This document shows positions 34,325-34,986 of a stretch of 34,986 nucleotides of DNA, one piece after another (the first letter of the stretch is position 1; every line of letters starts with the position of its first letter). Under the pieces are notes generated by a model. The model was not told the origin of the DNA. It saw nothing but the letters and a program-made list of their open reading frames with translations, and did no database searches. This DNA comes from a bacterium. Lineage in GTDB: Bacteria; Latescibacterota; UBA2968; UBA8231. Made by a program: the position numbers and the translations under genes. The stretch covers positions 1-34,986 of the forward strand of contig JAQCJA010000001.1 in assembly GCA_027593305.1 (NCBI GenBank). The letters run 5' to 3'.

Positions 34325-34652
34325 AGCGCAGATCAAGGTGACGCGCCAGGAGACCTGGAAGACGCGTCTGCTGTCGAAGATCTTCTACATCCCGGAAACG
34401 CGGACCATCACGCTTGACGAGGTGGGAACCGAAGTATGGCTGATGTGTGATGGCCATACTTCCGTCGCCTCGATGATCGAGCGCTTGCGACAGCGCTACA
34501 AGCTTGATCGCAAGGAAGCCGAAGTGTCCCTGTTGTCATATCTCAAGACACTGGGGCAGAAGAGTTTCGTCGGATTTCTCATCGACGGTCAGAAGTCGGG
34601 CAAGCCGGGGGGTGGAGCAAAGGAGGCGTCCGGCAAGAAATGGAAGAGATGA
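34263..34652 (+). CDS. PqqD-family (RRE-fold) protein with Lys-rich tail
   Basis: The core LDEVGTEVWLMCDGHTSVASMIERLRQRYKLDRKEAEVSLLSYLKTLGQKSFVGFL matches the PqqD pattern (L.e.g..iW.l.DG..tv.ei...l...y.....a..dv..fl..L). The start is uncertain (ATG at 34221, 34263 or 34266; GTG at 34338). With 34263 it overlaps the upstream gene by 62 nt. Confidence 0.75.
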   Translation: MMNSRPARNELLHWEKTETGEAQIKVTRQETWKTRLLSKIFYIPETRTITLDEVGTEVWLMCDGHTSVASMIERLRQRYKLDRKEAEVSLLSYLKTLGQKSFVGFLIDGQKSGKPGGGAKEASGKKWKR

Positions 34653-34675
34653 CAATGATTCTTCCCGTACATACT

Positions 34676-34711
34676 GAAGGCCGGGAATCCTGCGTATGAT
34701 TCCCGGCCTTC
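34676..34711. terminator. bidirectional hairpin terminator between the PqqD-like gene and flagellin
   Basis: GAAGGCCGGGAATC-ctgcgtat-GATTCCCGGCCTTC: a perfect 14-bp stem between convergent genes. A weaker 9-bp imperfect hairpin (34722-34747) lies next to the flagellin stop. U-tracts are poor on both sides. Confidence 0.6.
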
Positions 34712-34755
34712 GTGTTATGCGGCTATGGCTCGTACCGCAGCCATTGCATCGATTC

Positions 34756-34986
34756 CTACTGCAGGAGCGACAGCGCCGTTTGTGGCACAACGTTCGCCTG
34801 GGCGAGCATTGCTGTGGAGGCCTGTGACAACACCTGCGCTCGAGTGAACTTCGAGACTTCGTAGGCGATGTCGGCGTCGCTGATCGAGGCTTCCGAGTTC
34901 TGGATGTTCTCGATCGAGTTCTCCGTGAAGGAGATGGTAAAGGCGAGGCGGTTCATCCAGGCACCGAGATCACCTCGTTGACCGGA
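34756..34986 (-). CDS. fliC: flagellin, C-terminal part (gene continues past the right edge)
   Basis: The frame is open to position 34986 and reads SGQRGDLGAWMNRLAFTISFTENSIENIQNSEASISDADIAYEVSKFTRAQVLSQASTAMLAQANVVPQTALSLLQ. This matches the conserved flagellin C-terminal D0/D1 helix (LGA.QNRL....NL...EN...A.SRI.DAD.A.E......QIL.Q...AMLAQAN..PQ..L.LL). Confidence 0.85.
   Translation of the reverse strand, partial: SGQRGDLGAWMNRLAFTISFTENSIENIQNSEASISDADIAYEVSKFTRAQVLSQASTAMLAQANVVPQTALSLLQ

Noticed and set aside
33269-34336. 355-aa minus-strand ORF mirroring the 349-aa gene
   Set aside because: It is in the same codon-register shadow situation. The plus-strand product has a clear internal duplication and an ATG start, and it is co-oriented with its neighbours. 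The minus product shows no repeat or motif.
1-34986. Looked for CRISPR repeats, tRNA/rRNA genes, IS elements, integrases, and toxin-antitoxin or known defence genes
   Set aside because: I saw no periodic repeat-spacer pattern and no T-loop/acceptor-like sequences in the intergenic gaps. I also saw no transposase, recombinase or nuclease motifs in any long ORF. This is a manual scan only, so short or degenerate elements could have been missed.

Overview
GC-rich (by eye about 60%), densely packed bacterial chromosomal window. I found no rRNA, tRNA, CRISPR array, transposase or integrase. From left to right it holds: (1) an orphan CheY-like receiver; (2) a minus-strand peptidoglycan-recycling pair (mpl, ldcA) plus a secreted HEAT-repeat protein; (3) a tight seven-gene plus-strand surface-glycan operon (4434-14266), comprising a membrane-anchored helical protein, a GT2, an SDR-fold protein, a WecA/MraY-family initiating transferase, a Thr-type sulfatase-like/VanZ fusion, an O-antigen-ligase-like/TPR fusion and a polyprenyl-phosphate GT2; (4) a flagellar regulatory block with a C-terminal remnant of flhG, fliA, an HDOD protein, a GAF histidine kinase split by a frame change, and a DUF2802-like protein; (5) hisC, a small internally repeated protein and rel/spoT; (6) a GT39/ArnT-like enzyme with a small coiled-coil partner; (7) a NusG-II/Gx-transporter pair. 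The most unusual part is a co-directional four-gene module (25790-34652). It is led by a 1621-aa protein that fuses a PA/M28-like ectodomain, whose metal ligands look degenerate, to an FtsX/MacB-type permease with no ABC ATPase in the window. It is followed by an 841-aa polytopic (possibly OPT-like) protein, a 349-aa internally duplicated CPE-motif protein and a PqqD-like protein. I cannot match this combination to any described system. The module ends at a 14-bp hairpin, and a convergent flagellin gene runs off the right edge. Several very long antisense ORFs in the track are codon-register shadows, not genes. All family calls come from motif reading by eye; no database search was run.
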